Positions 15,508-30,500 of a stretch of 64,000 nt of DNA are shown here, piece by piece. The position numbers and the translations under genes were made by a program. Source of the stretch: Acutalibacteraceae bacterium (GTDB lineage: Bacteria > Actinomycetota > Coriobacteriia > Coriobacteriales > UMGS124); NCBI GenBank assembly GCA_963619535.1, contig CAVEWV010000004.1:1983-65982 (forward strand), given 5' to 3'. How positions within the stretch are numbered: the stretch's first letter is position 1; every line of letters begins with the position of its first letter. Under the pieces are notes generated by a model. The model was not told the DNA's origin. It made no database searches and saw nothing but the letters and a program-made list of their open reading frames with translations.

Positions 15508-18500
15508 ATGGATGCCTCCAATATGAACAGAACCACAACAGGAAGACCTGCGGGCGTCTCGCACGCCCGGCAGGTGAGGGCCACGTTTTTGGCGATGGCC
15601 TTCTGCGTGCTCATGGCCTTTGGCCTCGTCGGCGGCCCCGTGGCCGGCGCCCAGGCCGCGCAGGCGGGTCGTGAGGCGCAGGACTTCACAGGCAGCGCCT
15701 CCTTCACCACGGTGTGGGCAGACAACAACGACACCGACGGCGCGCGTCCGTCGACCGAGTCGATGCTCGCCGAGGGCGGCTACGTCATCCAGTGGCGTGC
15801 CGCAGGCAGTGCCGATTGGGCCACGTTCGACACCGACACCGCCCCGGCCGAGCTCAATCTCACCGATGAGCAGCTCGACGCCATCCGTGCATCCATCGGC
15901 ATGACGGTTTCGGGCCAGAACTACGTGTACTCCATCGGCAAGCTTCCTACCAGGTACGTCGATACCGACGAGTCTGGCAAGCAGACGACTGTCAACCTTG
16001 AGTACAGGGTCATCCGTGAGGGTGAGGTACAGGGTTACTCCAAGCTTGCTGAAGGCGCGTACGACGGTGCCTTCGACAGCACCTACTACGGCGACGACGC
16101 GTCCATCGAGTGCCTCCAGCGTCTGGAGGACGTGACTTACCGCGTCGTAGTGAACGACGGCTCCGGCGCCCTCCAAGACACCTACACCGTCGATGAGTGG
16201 AACGCGGCTTTCGGTAAGGACCAGACCGAGTCGGTCCATCTCGACAATGAGGTCATCTCCACCAACCCCGTCGCAGACGAGACCTCGACTATCTCCGTCA
16301 GCGGCAACGTGGTGACGATCACCACCCCGCGTCCCAAGTACTACCCCGACAACTCCCCGCTCGACTACTCCATGCAGCACGACGCCGCCGCCACGTTGCA
16401 GACGGCCGACGACGGCACGATCGACTACTATCAGGTCGGTTACAGCAACGCGAACGTGCCCAACCACAGCTCCGACATCTCCGCGGCCTACAGCGGCGGC
16501 AGCCTCTCCCTGACCCATGCCGGCACCGTCGACTTCCAGGCCACGAAGAAGTGGTACGACGACGGCGCCACCGACAGGCCCGCCACCAGCTACTCCCTCT
16601 ACCGCTACAGCACCAACGGCGGCTCTGTGGCCACGGCCGCCCAGGTCGCCGGCGCCACGGGCGAGTACGTCGAGTTCACGCTGACCTCCGAGCAGAACGT
16701 CGCCGCCGGCGAGGATGGCATCGAGCTGGGCGCGCTGCTCCCCGAAGACGTGCAGTGCAACCTCGCCAAGTACGACCCCGACGGCTACCCCTACGTGTAC
16801 TTCCTGAGGGAGGAGTCGGTCGACGGCTACAAGCGCATTGCGGCGAGCCTCACCGAGGACGAGAACCACAACGTCACCGTCGCCTACGACAAGGCCAACT
16901 ACGACTCCGCCACGCTCGTCGACGGCAAGTGGACGAGCGTCGAGACGGGCGACTCCGCCTCCGAGAACTCGGTCGTCATCTACAACGACGGCGTCATCAG
17001 CAACGTGCGCGTCGGCAGCACCGTCCCCCAGCTCGCCAAGTCCTGGGTCGCAGGCGCCTATCAGGACCAGCTGAGCGACGTCACGGTCTCCATGCAGCTC
17101 ATGCGCCATGCCAAGTCCGACGGGATGGAGCCCGACCCCACCACGGGGCTCTATGCCATCGATGCCACGTGGGAGGCCGTGGGCAACCCTGTCGAGCTCA
17201 CCGGCTGGCTTGCGGGCAACATGGCGCAGACGGTGTCCTCCTCCGTGGCGCGCTACGACCTCATGGGCCACGAGTTCGTGTACCAGTGGTGCGAGGTGAA
17301 CGTCTCCGGCCCGAGCGTCCAGAGCTTCACCCTCTACACCGAGGGCGCCTATGCAGGCATCACCGGCACCGCGGTGCTCACGCTCAAGGATGAGCAGGGC
17401 CAGGACGAGACCGTCGTGTTCGAGGGCTACTACACGGCCAACGTGGCCGAGGACGGCACAGTCACCGACAAGACCATCGTGAACGCCTATGTGTCCCAGA
17501 CCATCGCGCGCCTCACCAAGTATTGGAACGTAGACGGTGAGCTCGTCACGGGAATCGCCAACCCGTACGGCTCCAAGACCATCGAGGTGCAAAACGAGGA
17601 CGGCACCACGAGCATCGTGACGTTCCCCGACTCGCTCACCTTCAGCCTCTACCGCAATGAGGAGCTCTACTTCAACGGTCTCGTCGCCGACGGCGTTGTG
17701 GAAGACGACTGGACCGACGTCGATGTTGACGGCGACGGCACCGTCGACTTCAAGTACCGCGAGTCGAGCCCCTGGACGCTCGATGTGGACTGCCTCGCCA
17801 AGTACGACGAGGCCGGCTCGAAGTACCTGTACTACATCGCCGAGAACCCGGGCGAGGGCTTCAGCGCCTCCTTCGGCTTCCAGGCCACCACGGACACCTA
17901 CGACTTCACCAAGTCCGACGGCACCGAGAACAACAGGGTCATCAACCTCTCCACGGTTACCAACAGCCCCTATCCGGGCGAGGGCACCACGGTGCGCGTT
18001 TCCAAGGAATGGGTCGACGACGGCAACAACACCGGCCGCAACGCCGTGCTCGTGGAGGTCTATGCCAAGTCCGACGTCGTGAAGAGCGACGGCACGCCCG
18101 TGACGGACTCCGAGGGCAACCCCATCAAGGCCGGCGACTCCATCGCCACCGTCACGCTTGAGGACGCCAACGGCTGGTATAACAAGGTCGGCATCTCCGC
18201 TGGCGGCGGCATATACCTGCCTGAGGGCCAGGAGGCCCCCGAGGGCTTCGAGCCCGGCAACGGCAACGGCTTCTACTACGGCGTGCGCGAGGTCTCCAAC
18301 GACAACTACGTGACCGTGCAGCTCGCCGACGGCAAGGTCTACGACAGGGCGGGCAACGACGTGTCCGACGTCTATGGCGACGCGTCCCTGTCCCCCTGGG
18401 CCGACGGCACCTGGCGCCTCATCACCAACGAGGACGCCGTCGCCGACGAGGGCGGCTACGTCTACGACATCTCCTACTCCATCAGGACCGACTTCTTCGG

Positions 18501-21500
18501 CTCCAAGGTGGTCGTTACCAACCGCCGCGTCGGCCTGGTGGACGTCACCCTCTCCAAGGTCTGGGTCGACGAGGGCGCCGACCCCGCCAAGCGCCCCACG
18601 GCCTATTACCAGGTGATGGGCGAGCAGGACGGCATCTTCTATGCCGACGACGAGGGCAACGTGTACGCCCAGCTGCCCGAGAGCCCCACGGCATACCCGC
18701 TGTACCTCGACGCGGCCCACACCGAGCATCTCACCGTGGACATGCTGGCCAACGGCTCCGAGGACTTCTCCAGCATGCTCCGCATCCAGATCACCGAGCA
18801 GAACTCCGACGCCTTCACCATCTACGGCCTGCCCAAGTTCGACTACGAGGGCAAGGCGTTCAACTACAGCGCCTCTGAGGCGCTGGGCGAGGACGCCCAG
18901 GGCACGGACTACGCCGGGATGGGCTCTTCGTCGAGCGCCAAGTTCAACTCCTACCTGCAGCACAGCGACAAGAGGACGTACACCTTCTCCAACGGGCGCA
19001 CCGGCACGAAGGACGTGACGTTCTTCACGCGCTGGTACGACGAGTACGTCAAGGAAGGCCTCAACCAGAGGCCCGACGTGTACCTCACGCTGTACACCAT
19101 CGACGCCGACGGCAACCCGCAGGTCGTGTCGGGCTACGAGCGCGTCAAGTGGGTCAGCGACAGCGATTGGGACGACGAGCACACCGACGCCGTCTACAAC
19201 CAGCGCGCCACGATCCACGGCCTGCCCAAGTACGACTCCAACGGCAAAGAGATCGTCTACTACGCCACCATCACCCCCTCGGTGAACTACTCCACCTACC
19301 ACGACGTGCTCGACTACCAGTCCATCGAGTTCGGCACGAGCTCTGACGACTCGGGCAACGTGAAGTGGGACCAGGCCGACGAAGAGGTGGCCAAGGCCCA
19401 GAGCAAGTACCAGGGAGTCGGCGACAACGAGACCACGGCCCTGCGCGAGGACGGCACCTTCATCTTCCGCATCGACAACTCCGTGGTCGTCCAGGGCACC
19501 AAGATCTGGACCAACCTGCCCGGCGACTACTCCGGCAACCTGCCCGACATCTCCATCTTCGTGCAGCAGCGCCTCCAGGGCGCGAATGCCCTCGACGAGG
19601 GCTGGTCGTCGCTTGTGGTGATCAAGGCCGACACGGCCGACGGCGGCATCACCGGCAGCGGCTACGAGGTCGAGCACGCCCAGGCCGGCGCTGCGCTCGT
19701 GGATGAGTCCGGCGACCAGGTTGTGGCCTGGACTACGCTCTCCGGCAATTCCACCGACTCGAAGACGAAGGTCTTCACACTGTCTTACTACGGCGAGAAC
19801 TCCGCCGACCAGACCGAGGGCGTGCGCCTGCCCATGTACGACGAGTACGGCCATCGCTACGAGTATCACGCCCACGAGATCATGGACGGCCTCATTCAGG
19901 ATGAGTCCGGCAACCCCGAGGGCGGCTTCACCCTCGACGAGCTCATCGCGAGCATCGAGGGCGGCAACGACACCTATGCTGGCCCCACCGTCATCAGCTC
20001 CGGCATCGGCACGTCGTTCCGCGTGCACAACACCTTCCTAGACACCAGGCAGCAGGGGCAGCTCAGCGTGAGGAAGCTCATCACCGACCTGCCCAAGGAC
20101 GCCAAGCTGGCCGACGTCACCATGACGCTGTACCGCAAGGCCTCCGACGGCTCCTGGACCAAGGTGGGCCAGCAGACGCTGACCCCGACGGCGAACCTGT
20201 CCGGCGGCACTCAGGCCGAGCTCACGTTCACCTTCACCGACCTGGCCATCTACGATCCCACGGGCACGCGCTACGAGTACAAGGTCGTGGAGACCGCCAC
20301 CAACGGCTATGAGACGTCGTGCGCTGCGGGCTACGTCACCGTTGAGGACGACCTTGTGGCGGGATATGAGGTCGAGGGCCTCCATGCCTACAAGGACGGC
20401 GAGACCACCGAGTATGAGGATGGGATTGCCGCTACCTATCTGAACAGGTACACCGGCGACGACGTGTCCATTTCGGGCGCGAAGGTCTGGGCGGACCGCA
20501 ACAACGCGTTCGGCCTTCGTCCCGACGCCATCACGCTTAAGGTGACGCGCACCTACCAGGACGGCACTGTGGACACGAGCCTGGGCAGCGAAGGCGAGGT
20601 CGTGCTCCAGAGCACCGACCCCGACGCCAGCAACTACCTTGCGTGGAACTACACCGCCGGCACGTCGAAGTGGACGTACACCATCTCCAACCTGCTCAAG
20701 TGGGCGCCCGACGGCAAGGCGTGGAAGTACACGGTGATCGAGGCCGAGGTCCCCGAGCATTACTCCTGCGCCTCCAAGGGCGGCACGGTGAGCGTGGACA
20801 GGAGTACTACGGTCCCCGACATCCGCAACAACATCCTGGGAACCGTGAGCTTTACCAAGGAATATAAGGACAACTCTGACCAGTGGAGCCAGCGCCCCAC
20901 CACGTACTACCAGCTCCAGTCGCGCATGCGCGCCGAGGGCGGGGAGTGGACGCAGTGGTCTGAGGCGAACGACACCTTCACCCGCCTGGGCACCCCCCTT
21001 GTCGAGGCAAAGCTCGACCCGAACAACCAGTACTGCCCCATGGGCCACATCCTGCCCGACGGCAACACCAATACCATCGTTCGCCTGCAGGGCAACAGGT
21101 CTGACTGGCGCTTCACGTGGTACCGGCTGCCCTGCGTGGCCGAGCACGACGGCACGACCTACGAGATTGCCTGGCGCGTCGTTGAGGTCAGGGTCGTGTA
21201 TGACATCAACGCGGCCGATGCCGACAGGATCGTCGTCGACCTTGTGAACCCTGGCGACGACACGAACGGCACCGTCACGTACGTGGATGCCGACGGCAAC
21301 ACCTATAAGCCGTATAGCACCTCCCAGTCTACGAAGACCAACGGCACCAACACGACGTCCTCAATCACTAACACGCTTGTCTCTACCGAGCTCAAGGTCA
21401 CCAAGGTGTGGGACGACGACGATAACGCCTGGGTCACGCGCCCCGGCACCACTACGTCTGCCAGCGCTTGGAGCTCGACCTTCGTCATCCAGCGCTCCTC

Positions 21501-24500
21501 GGACAACGGCGCCACGTGGAAGTGGTTCACCAAGTACGGCGAGGCTGTCGCCGATTCCGCCGCGCTCGATGCCTCTGGCAACCCCAATGCCAGCCTTCTG
21601 AGCGTCACGGTGTCGGGCAAGGCCGGGACGAGCTCTTCCACCGCGACGTTTGAGAACCTTCCCGCATACGATCCCAAGACGGGGCAGGCCTATGTCTATC
21701 GCGCCGTCGAGGTGGTCAAGGGCAGCTACTCCGTGGTCGACGGCCAGCAGGTGGTCGAGGGCAACTCGAAGCTCGTGACGGTCGATGTCACGAACGCCGA
21801 GCAGAATGCCGAGCAGACCTTCACCAACAAGCTGCAGACGGTGGTCCTCCAGGGAACCAAGGCCTGGCTCGAGGTGGGCAAGGGTTTGCTCTTCGACGAC
21901 ACCGACCCGCTGGCGAGCGGCCTGACGTTCGAGCTGCAGCGCACGACCGACGCCAACCCCAGCGAGTCCTCTGCCTGGCAGAAGGCCACCAAGACCGTGG
22001 ACGGCACGCAGGTTTCCATCCAGCCCGCGTGGACGAAGGGCGAAGATGGCACCGACGAGGGCTTCAGCGACGTCTGGACGTTTGCATACGAGAACCTGCC
22101 CGCTAACGACCAGTCGGGCAAGGCATACACGTATCGCGTGGTCGAGGTCGACGGGTCCCAGCCCGGCTATTACGCCGTGTATCCCAACGGCAACGTGACG
22201 CAGGTGGACGCGGCGTCTGCCACGCAGACCAACGCCACCATTCTCAACGTGCCCACCATGTTCACGTTCGACAAGCTCGACCTGGCCGACGGCAAGTCCG
22301 GCGTCACCGGCGACGACGGCACGCCCAACTCTCTGAACGGGGTCACCTTCGAGATCAGCGACTCGAAGGGCGATGTCGTGGCGACCTGGAGCCGCTCGAA
22401 CGACGGCACCGAGCAGGTGACGTATTCCGACGACACCAATGTGTCCGGCGAGTCGGTGTATGTGGCCGGCCTTGCCGCTGGAACCTACACGGTGCATGAG
22501 TCCGCGGTCCCGAGCGGCCACATCGCCGTGGCCGACTTCAAGATCTCCATCACTGCCCAGGGCGTGGTGAGCAAGGCCGGTGGCTCCGGCGCCTCCTCCG
22601 TCACGCTTGAGGCCTCCGCCTCCGATGAGGAGCAGCAGCTCGGCATCAAGAAGTTCCGCCTCACGGCATCCGACGCGGTGGTCCGCGGCAGCTTCTCCAT
22701 CCAGAAGTTCTATAAGAACCGCAACGCCGAGTACCCGGTGGCGGGGATGACGTTCGACCTGTATGTCAACCCCAGCTCCGAGTCCAACGGCACCCTCATC
22801 GCGACCGGCCTCACCACCGACGCCAACGGCGCCTGGACGTCTGCGGGCAACACGGCAGTCACGTATGACTCCGATGCCATGTCTCACGCGTTCGGCGACC
22901 TCGCCAAGTACTACGTCACGGCAAACGACGGCCTGCCCGAGGGCAGCTACCGCCTGGTCGAGACGGGGACGAGCGCCTACACCGTCAAGGCCCAGGGCCA
23001 GACGTTCGACTTCAAGATCGCAGTGAACGGCGGGTACGCTCAGCCTGCCCTGGTCAAGGTGCGCGCTGAGAACACTGAGTTCACCAGCCAGGCGTTCCTG
23101 TACAAGGTCGACGCCGACGACGAGGACCTCTTCTTGGACGGCGCGACGTTCAGCCTGTACTGGATTGCCGAGGGCGCCGCAGAGGGCACCGACTACAAGC
23201 TCGTGGCCTCTGGGCTTGTCAGCGGCAAGATGTACGAGGTCAAGCCCAATATGTCCGGCGTTGTGAACGCGCAGGGTGCCAAGCTTGGTACCGGCGAGCT
23301 CGCCATTTTTAACCTCAAGAAGGGCGCATACAAGCTCGTCGAGACCGCCCCTGCGCCTGGCCACACCCTTGCGGCCGATGAGACCGCCCGCACGGTGACC
23401 TTTACCGTGACCGAGGGCAGCGACGGCGAGGGCCAGGTGAGCCCGGAAACCCTGACCCTGACGAACACGAAGACCGTCCTCGCGCTTGCGAAGACGTCCC
23501 AGGACGGCACGCTGCTCACGGGTGCCGAGTTCACGGTGGCGCCCGCCCACGGCAGCGCCTTCGCCGACGGCACGACCGCGGCCAAGGCGTTCGTCGTCGG
23601 GCAGGACGGAACCCTCACTATCGCAGGCGAGCTCGTCGCCAGCAACAGCTACGTCGTGACCGAGACCGCGACTCCTGCCGGCTTCAAGCTGTGCGGTGAG
23701 TCCATCACGGTGAGCCTGGACGCTTCCGGCAACGTGAGCGCCAACGTCCCGACCGGGTCGGCCTGGTCGTTCAGCGCCTCCTCCGATGCCGTGGCTGCCA
23801 CGCTCACCCTTGCCGACCAGCCCACCTCGCTCGTGCTCGCCAAGGTGTCCGCCTCCGACGGCGCCGCCCTGGATGGCGCCACGTTTACCGTGACGCCCCT
23901 TGAGGGCAGCACATTTGCTGGCGGCAGCACGGATGCCAGGGACTATGCGGTTGGCTCTGACGGCACGGTAACCATCACTGGCGAGCTCGTGGCCGGCATG
24001 AGCTACCAGGTCGCAGAGACCACGGCGCCCCATGGCTACATTCGCTCTGCGGTCAGCGTCGTGGTGTCCCTGGACGCCACCGGTGCGGCGAGCGTGAACG
24101 TGAGCGGCAAGACCGGTTGGACGTTTGACGGCAGCGCCGCCAAGCTCACGCTTTCCGACGTGCTCGCCACCACGAGCGCTGGGCTGAACGCCGACAAGTA
24201 CATCGACGGCCGTGATTGGGCCTCCCACGACTCCTTCTCGTTCAGCCTCGTGTACGCCGACACCGACGAGGTCGTGGCCACCGCCACGGCCGCCTACAAC
24301 CAGGCCGATCCTTCGGCCTCGGGCCAGATGACGTTTGACCCGGCCCTCACCTTCACCGTGGCCGAGCTTGAGGCCCTGGTGGAGCAGGGGAGGGCTGTCT
24401 ACGACGAGGATGCCTCTACCTGGGACATCCCCTATACCATCGTCGAGGCCGACACTGCGATCCCCGGCATCACCAAGGCGCAGGACACGCCCGTCATGCT

Positions 24501-27500
24501 TCGCGTCACGCAGGCCGTCGACGGGTCGCTCAGCGCCGCCTTCTTTGGCTACAACGCCGAGGGCCAGTTCGATTACAGCCAGGTCGTGGCGTCGTTTGGC
24601 ATCACCAACCCCTTCACCGACGCCTCTGTGACCGCTGCCCCCAGGGTGCACAAGTACATCAGCGTCGCCGGGGTCAATATGACCGACGAGCTGGAGGCCG
24701 AGCTTCGCGCGCAGTATGCGGGCAAGTTCTCCTTCAGCATGGTTGCCCAGGGCGCGACGCTCTCCTATGCCAACGGCGACAACGTCAACCTGTCGGCTGA
24801 CGACATCGCCGCCACGCTGCCTGCCGAGAGCGCGACGGCCACCAACGACGCGTCCGGCAACGTCCAGTTCGGCGACATCACCATCACGCGTGCCCTGCTC
24901 AGGGGCGCCTCTGAGGCCGTCTTCCGGTACACGGTGTCGGAGGACGAGGGCACGCTTGCCGGCATCACGTACAACGACGGCGTCTACACGCTCAATGTCA
25001 AGGTGACCGACACCGCCGAGGGCGGCCTGCAGGTCGTCGATATCACCTTCGACAAGGACGCCTCGACGTTTGACACCGACATCTGCTTCACCAACATCTT
25101 CGAGCCTGAGACTGTCAGCGCTGCCCCCTCGGCCGTCAAGGCCGTCCAGCCCAGCGAGGGCAACTCCTTCGACCTGGCGGGCGGGGAGTTCTCCTTCACG
25201 CTGCACGCCGTCTCTGCCCCGCAGGACGTTGACGTCGCGGATGACTTCCCCGACCAGAGCAAGACTAACGGCAACGCGGGCGATGCAGAGGTCGCTCAGT
25301 TTGACTCGCTGACGTTCTCCGTCGCCGGCACCTATGTGTTCCAGGTGACCGAGGACGCGCTTGACAAGGGCAACCTGACCGAAACCCAGCAGGCGGCCTT
25401 CAGCCATGACGACACGGTGTACACCATCACCTATGAGGTCGCCACTGACTACGAGACGGGCAAGCTGTACATCAAGAGCGTGACCAGCGCCCCTGCGGCT
25501 GCAGAGGATGTGGCTGGCAGCGACCAGGTCACGTTCACCAATGCCTATACGCCCGCACCTGTGACGTACAACCCCGGCGCGACCAAGACGATCACCTCTC
25601 TAAACGGTGGCGCCAAGCGCGTGCCTCAGGCAGGGGAGTTCACCTTTGCTCTGGTGGACCCCAGTGATGACGCCTCCTCGCCGATGCCCGAAGGCTCCGA
25701 GACGGGCTCCGGCACGCCGGCGAAGTACGTCACCAACGGTGCTGCCAACGACAAGGGCATCGCCGCGGTGGAGTTCGGCACGATCACGTACACGCAACCT
25801 GGCACCTACAACTACCTGATCGTTGAGTCGCTCGGCACGGATGACACCATCACGTATGACGCCAGCGTGTTCAAGCTGACTGTGACCGTGACCGATGAGG
25901 GCGGCAAGCTTGCGGTCCAGGCTCAGACGTCCAAGAGGGGCAACGACACGCAGCAGGTCGAGGCCGCCTTCAACAACCTCTATACACCCGAGCCGAGCGA
26001 CGACGTGGTGCTTGGGGCCACGAAGACGCTGACCGGCACGCGTCCCAACGCGCTGGCTGAGGGCGAGTTCACCTTCGGCCTGTTTGCGGGCTCCTACGAG
26101 TCGGCCGACGCGCTGAACGCGGAGGGTGTCGAGCCTCTCGACACCGCCGGCAACGCCGCGGACGGCTCGGTTGCCTTCGATGCCATCACGTATGACGTCG
26201 CAGGCACCTACACCTACACCATCGCCGAGCGCGGGGCCGACGGTACCACGTGGGCCGGCGGCGGCACGAAGGACGGCGTGACCTACGACGCCACCATCCA
26301 TCTTGTCAGCGTGGTCGTCGCGGACGTCGACGGCAAGCTTGTGGCCGGCGTTGCCTATGACGGCGCCTCCGAGCTGCCTGCCTTCACCAACGCCTACGCC
26401 GCCGCCACCGCCACCGCCGCGCCCGTGGCCCACAAGGCCGTCCAGCCCAGCGAGGGCAACTCCTACGAGCTCGTGGGCGGGGAGTTCTCCTTCTCGCTGA
26501 AGGCCGTCTCCGCCCCCGAGGGCGTCGACGTGGCCTCCTTCGCCGACCAGGCCAAGACCAACGGCGCCGACGGCGACGCCTCCCTGGTCAAGTTCGACCA
26601 GATGAGCTTCACCGTCGCGGGCGCCTACACCTTCTCCCTGGTGGAGGAGGGCGTGAACCAGGGCGACGACAGCCCCCTGACCGACGGGCAGAAGGACGCC
26701 TTCGGCACCGACGCCACCGCTTGGACCGTCACCGTCCAGGTGAGCGACGACGGCGAGGGCCAGCTCCACGCCAGCGTCTCCTACAGCAAGGACGGCGGCG
26801 AGGGGTCTTCCGAGGCACCCACGTTCACCAACACCTACACGCCTGCGAGCCTCGAGATTCTCCCGGACGCGACCAAGGTGCTTTCTGGCCGCGACGTCCA
26901 GGCGCTTGAGGACGACGAGTTCACCTTCGGCTTCTTTGAGGGCGAGCTGAGCGTGGAGGCCCTGAACGGTGGCGAGGTGCAGCCCCTGAGCACCGCGACC
27001 AACGCCGCGAACGGCAAGATCTACTTCGATACGGTGACCTTCGACCGTCCCGGCACCTACACCTACACCATCGCCGAGCTCGGGGCCGACGGCGCCACCT
27101 GGGCTGGCGGCGGCACCAAGGACGGCGTGACGTATGACGCCACCCCGTGCTACTTGACCATCACCGTGGCCGATAGCAAGGGCGAGCTGGTCATAGCGCA
27201 GGCAACCGATACCAAGGGCGGCGAGCAGATCGACGTTCCCACCTTCACCAACACCTACGCCGCCGCCACCGCCACCGCCGCGCCCGTGGCCCACAAGGCC
27301 GTCCAGCCCAGCGAGGGCAACTCCTACGAGCTCGTGGGCGGGGAGTTCTCCTTCTCGCTGAAGGCCGTCTCCGCCCCCGAGGGCGTCGACGTGGCCTCCT
27401 TCGCCGACCAGGCCAAGACCAACGGCGCCGACGGCGACGCCTCCCTGGTCAAGTTCGACCAGATGAGCTTCACCGTCGCGGGCGCCTACACCTTCTCCCT

Positions 27501-30500
27501 GGTGGAGGAGGGCGTGAACCAGGGCGACGACAGCCCCCTGACCGACGGGCAGAAGGACGCCTTCGGCACCGACGCCACCGCTTGGACCGTCACCGTCCAG
27601 GTGAGCGACGACGGCGAGGGCCAGCTCCACGCCAGCGTCTCCTACAGCAAGGACGGCGGCGAGGGGTCTTCCGAGGCGCCCACGTTCACCAACGCCTACA
27701 CGCCCGCGAGCGCGACCTATGAGGTCACGGCCAGCAAGACCATCACCTCCACCAACGGCGGCGCCCAGCGCACGCCCGAGGACCAGGAGTTCAGCTTCGT
27801 GCTGACCGATGCCGGCAACGACCTGGACGACGGCACGGCCACTCCCATGCCCGACGGCTCGACCTTCCCCGAGGACGGCACGCCTGCCGCGAAGCTCGCG
27901 TACAACGGGCCTGCCGACGAGGACGGCGTCGCGGCGGTGGCGTTCGGCCAGATGACCTACACGCGCCCGGGCACCTACAACTACACCGTCGCGGAGCAGG
28001 AGTGCGACAGCGACACCGTCACGTATGACGCGACCGTCTTCGGCGTGACCGTGACCGTGACCGACCAGGCCGGCACGCTCGTCGTTCAAAGCCGCACCTA
28101 CAAGCTCGACTCCGCCGACGTCGACGCGGCCGTGGCCTTCGACAACACCTACACGCCCGTCGCAAGCGACGAGGTCGTGCTCGGTGCGACCAAGGTGCTG
28201 GAGGGCTCGCGCCCCGAGGCGCTGGCCGAGGGCGAGTTCACCTTCGCCCTGTTCGCAGGCAGCTATGACTCGGCCGACGCGCTGAACGCCGAGGGCGTCG
28301 AGCCCCTCGCCACCGCAAGCAACGCCGCGGACGGCTCGGTTGCCTTCGATGCCATCACGTACGACACGGCCGACACCTACGAGTACACCATCGCCGAGCT
28401 TGGCGCCGACGGCCTCACCTGGGCGGGCGGCGGCGTCGCCAACGGCGTGACCTATGACGCCTCCATCCACCATGCCGTCGTCACCGTGACTGACGAGGGC
28501 GGCAAGTTCGTTGCCTCCGTCGCCTACGACGACGCGGCCGAGCAGCCCGTCTTCACCAACTCCTACAGCGTCACGGGTACGGTGAGCGCAAGCGCCTATG
28601 TGACCAAGACCGTCGTGGGCGCGGACAACGCCAACGGCTCCTTCACGTTCGCCCTGACTCCCAGCAAGGACTACGGCGACGCGGTCAAGGTCGCCGACGG
28701 CGAGGGCGCCCTGGTCAACCTCGGCACCGGCAGCCTTGAGGCCGTGGTGGACCAGCAGCTCGCAGACGGGCAGACCTCTGAGGCCGTCGCCTTCCCGCAG
28801 CTGACGTTCACCGCGCCCAGCCCCGAGGGCGGCTACACCTTCACCGTCGCCGAGACCTCTTGGGACGAGTCGTACTGGACCAGCAGCACCGGCACCCGCA
28901 GCCTCACCTTCTATGTGCTCGACGACGGCAAGGGCGGCCTGGTTCTCTCCGGCGACGCGCAGGGCACGACGCCCTTCAGCGCCGACGACGTCACCAAGGC
29001 CTTCACCAACACGCACGACTCCAGCACCGACTCCAGCGTGACCGGCGCCGTCAGCATCAAGAAGACGCTCTCCGGCCGTGCGCTGACCGAGGGCGAGTTC
29101 TCCTTCGAGCTGCGCTATGCCGGCAGCGACGAGCAGCGCGCCTACCTCGAGGGCGACCTCGACCAGGTGCGCAGCAACGTCGCGGACGGCACCGTCGCCT
29201 TCGACACGATCACCTTCAAGAACGTCGGCACCTATGCCTTCGAGGTCGCCGAGCTGGGCGCCGACGGCGGCTTCGCCACGGGCGGCGTGTCGGGCAACGT
29301 GACCTACAGCACCGACGTCTATGACGTCGTCGCCACCGTCACGCGCGGCGCCGACATGCAGTACCAGCTCGTCTGGTCCATCACCAGGCAGGGCTCCGGC
29401 TCGCCGGCATCCCAGGCCACCTTCAGCAACTCCTATGCCACGGTTGCCTCCACGGACGTGGTGATCGAGGGCTCCAAGGTGCTCCACGGCAGCTCGTTTG
29501 ACGCCGAGGCCGTCATCGAGAAGGTCAAGCAGGAGCAGCAGGACGCCGACAGCAGCAAGTCTGCCACCGATGCCGACAAGAGCTCCGACGCGAAGACGGA
29601 CTCCGTTGACGCGGACAAGGACGCGACCGACAAGAAGACCGAGGACACGACGGGTGCCGCCGATAACGGCTCCGATGCGTCCAACGGCGGCGACGGTGCG
29701 GATGCCGGCACTGATGCCGACGCCGACAACGGAACCAACACGGACAACGGCGCTGACGCCGACGGCAGCACCGACGACGGCACGGTAGAGCCCGACAACG
29801 GCGACGGCAACGTCGATGGCGGCTCCGATGCCAATGCCGATGCCAGCACCGACGGCGGCTCTGAGCCCGACGCAACGACGGTGGACGGCGACGAGCCGAG
29901 CGCCGACGACAATGCGAGCACCGATGACTCGGGCCAGACGGCCGAGGCCACCGACGACGCGCAGGACGCCGACGCCCAGGCAGGCGAGGAGCAGGTCGCC
30001 CAGGTCGACGAGCCTGCCGCGGAGCAGCAGGTCGACGAGGGCGCCGAGGCCCAGCAGGCCGCCAGCCAGGCCATGCTTGTCGATGACGGCGTCGTGATCT
30101 CGGCCTTCTCGCTTGTCGAGCCGAGCGTCGCCAACGCCGACGAGGCAACCGACAATACGGAGGCCGACCAGGCGCAGGGCCAGGCCGTCGACGGCTCCGA
30201 CGCCCAGGCCGACACCGCCGGCCAGCAGGACGACACGAATTCCGACGCCGACGCCAGCCAGCAGGACGGCACCGGCGAGTCGGGCGATACTGACGGCACC
30301 TCGACCGACGCCGACCTGCAGGCAAAGATCGACCAGGCCCTCGAGGAGGCCCGTGTCGCGGCTCGCGGCACTGACCGCGCAATCGAGGCGGGGGAGTTCA
30401 GCTTCACGCTGACGTTCGCCGGTCGCGACGACCTCGTCGTCGGCACGGCGACCAACGGCTCCAGTGAGGCCGGCCAGGCCGCAAGCGTCGTCTTCCCGTC

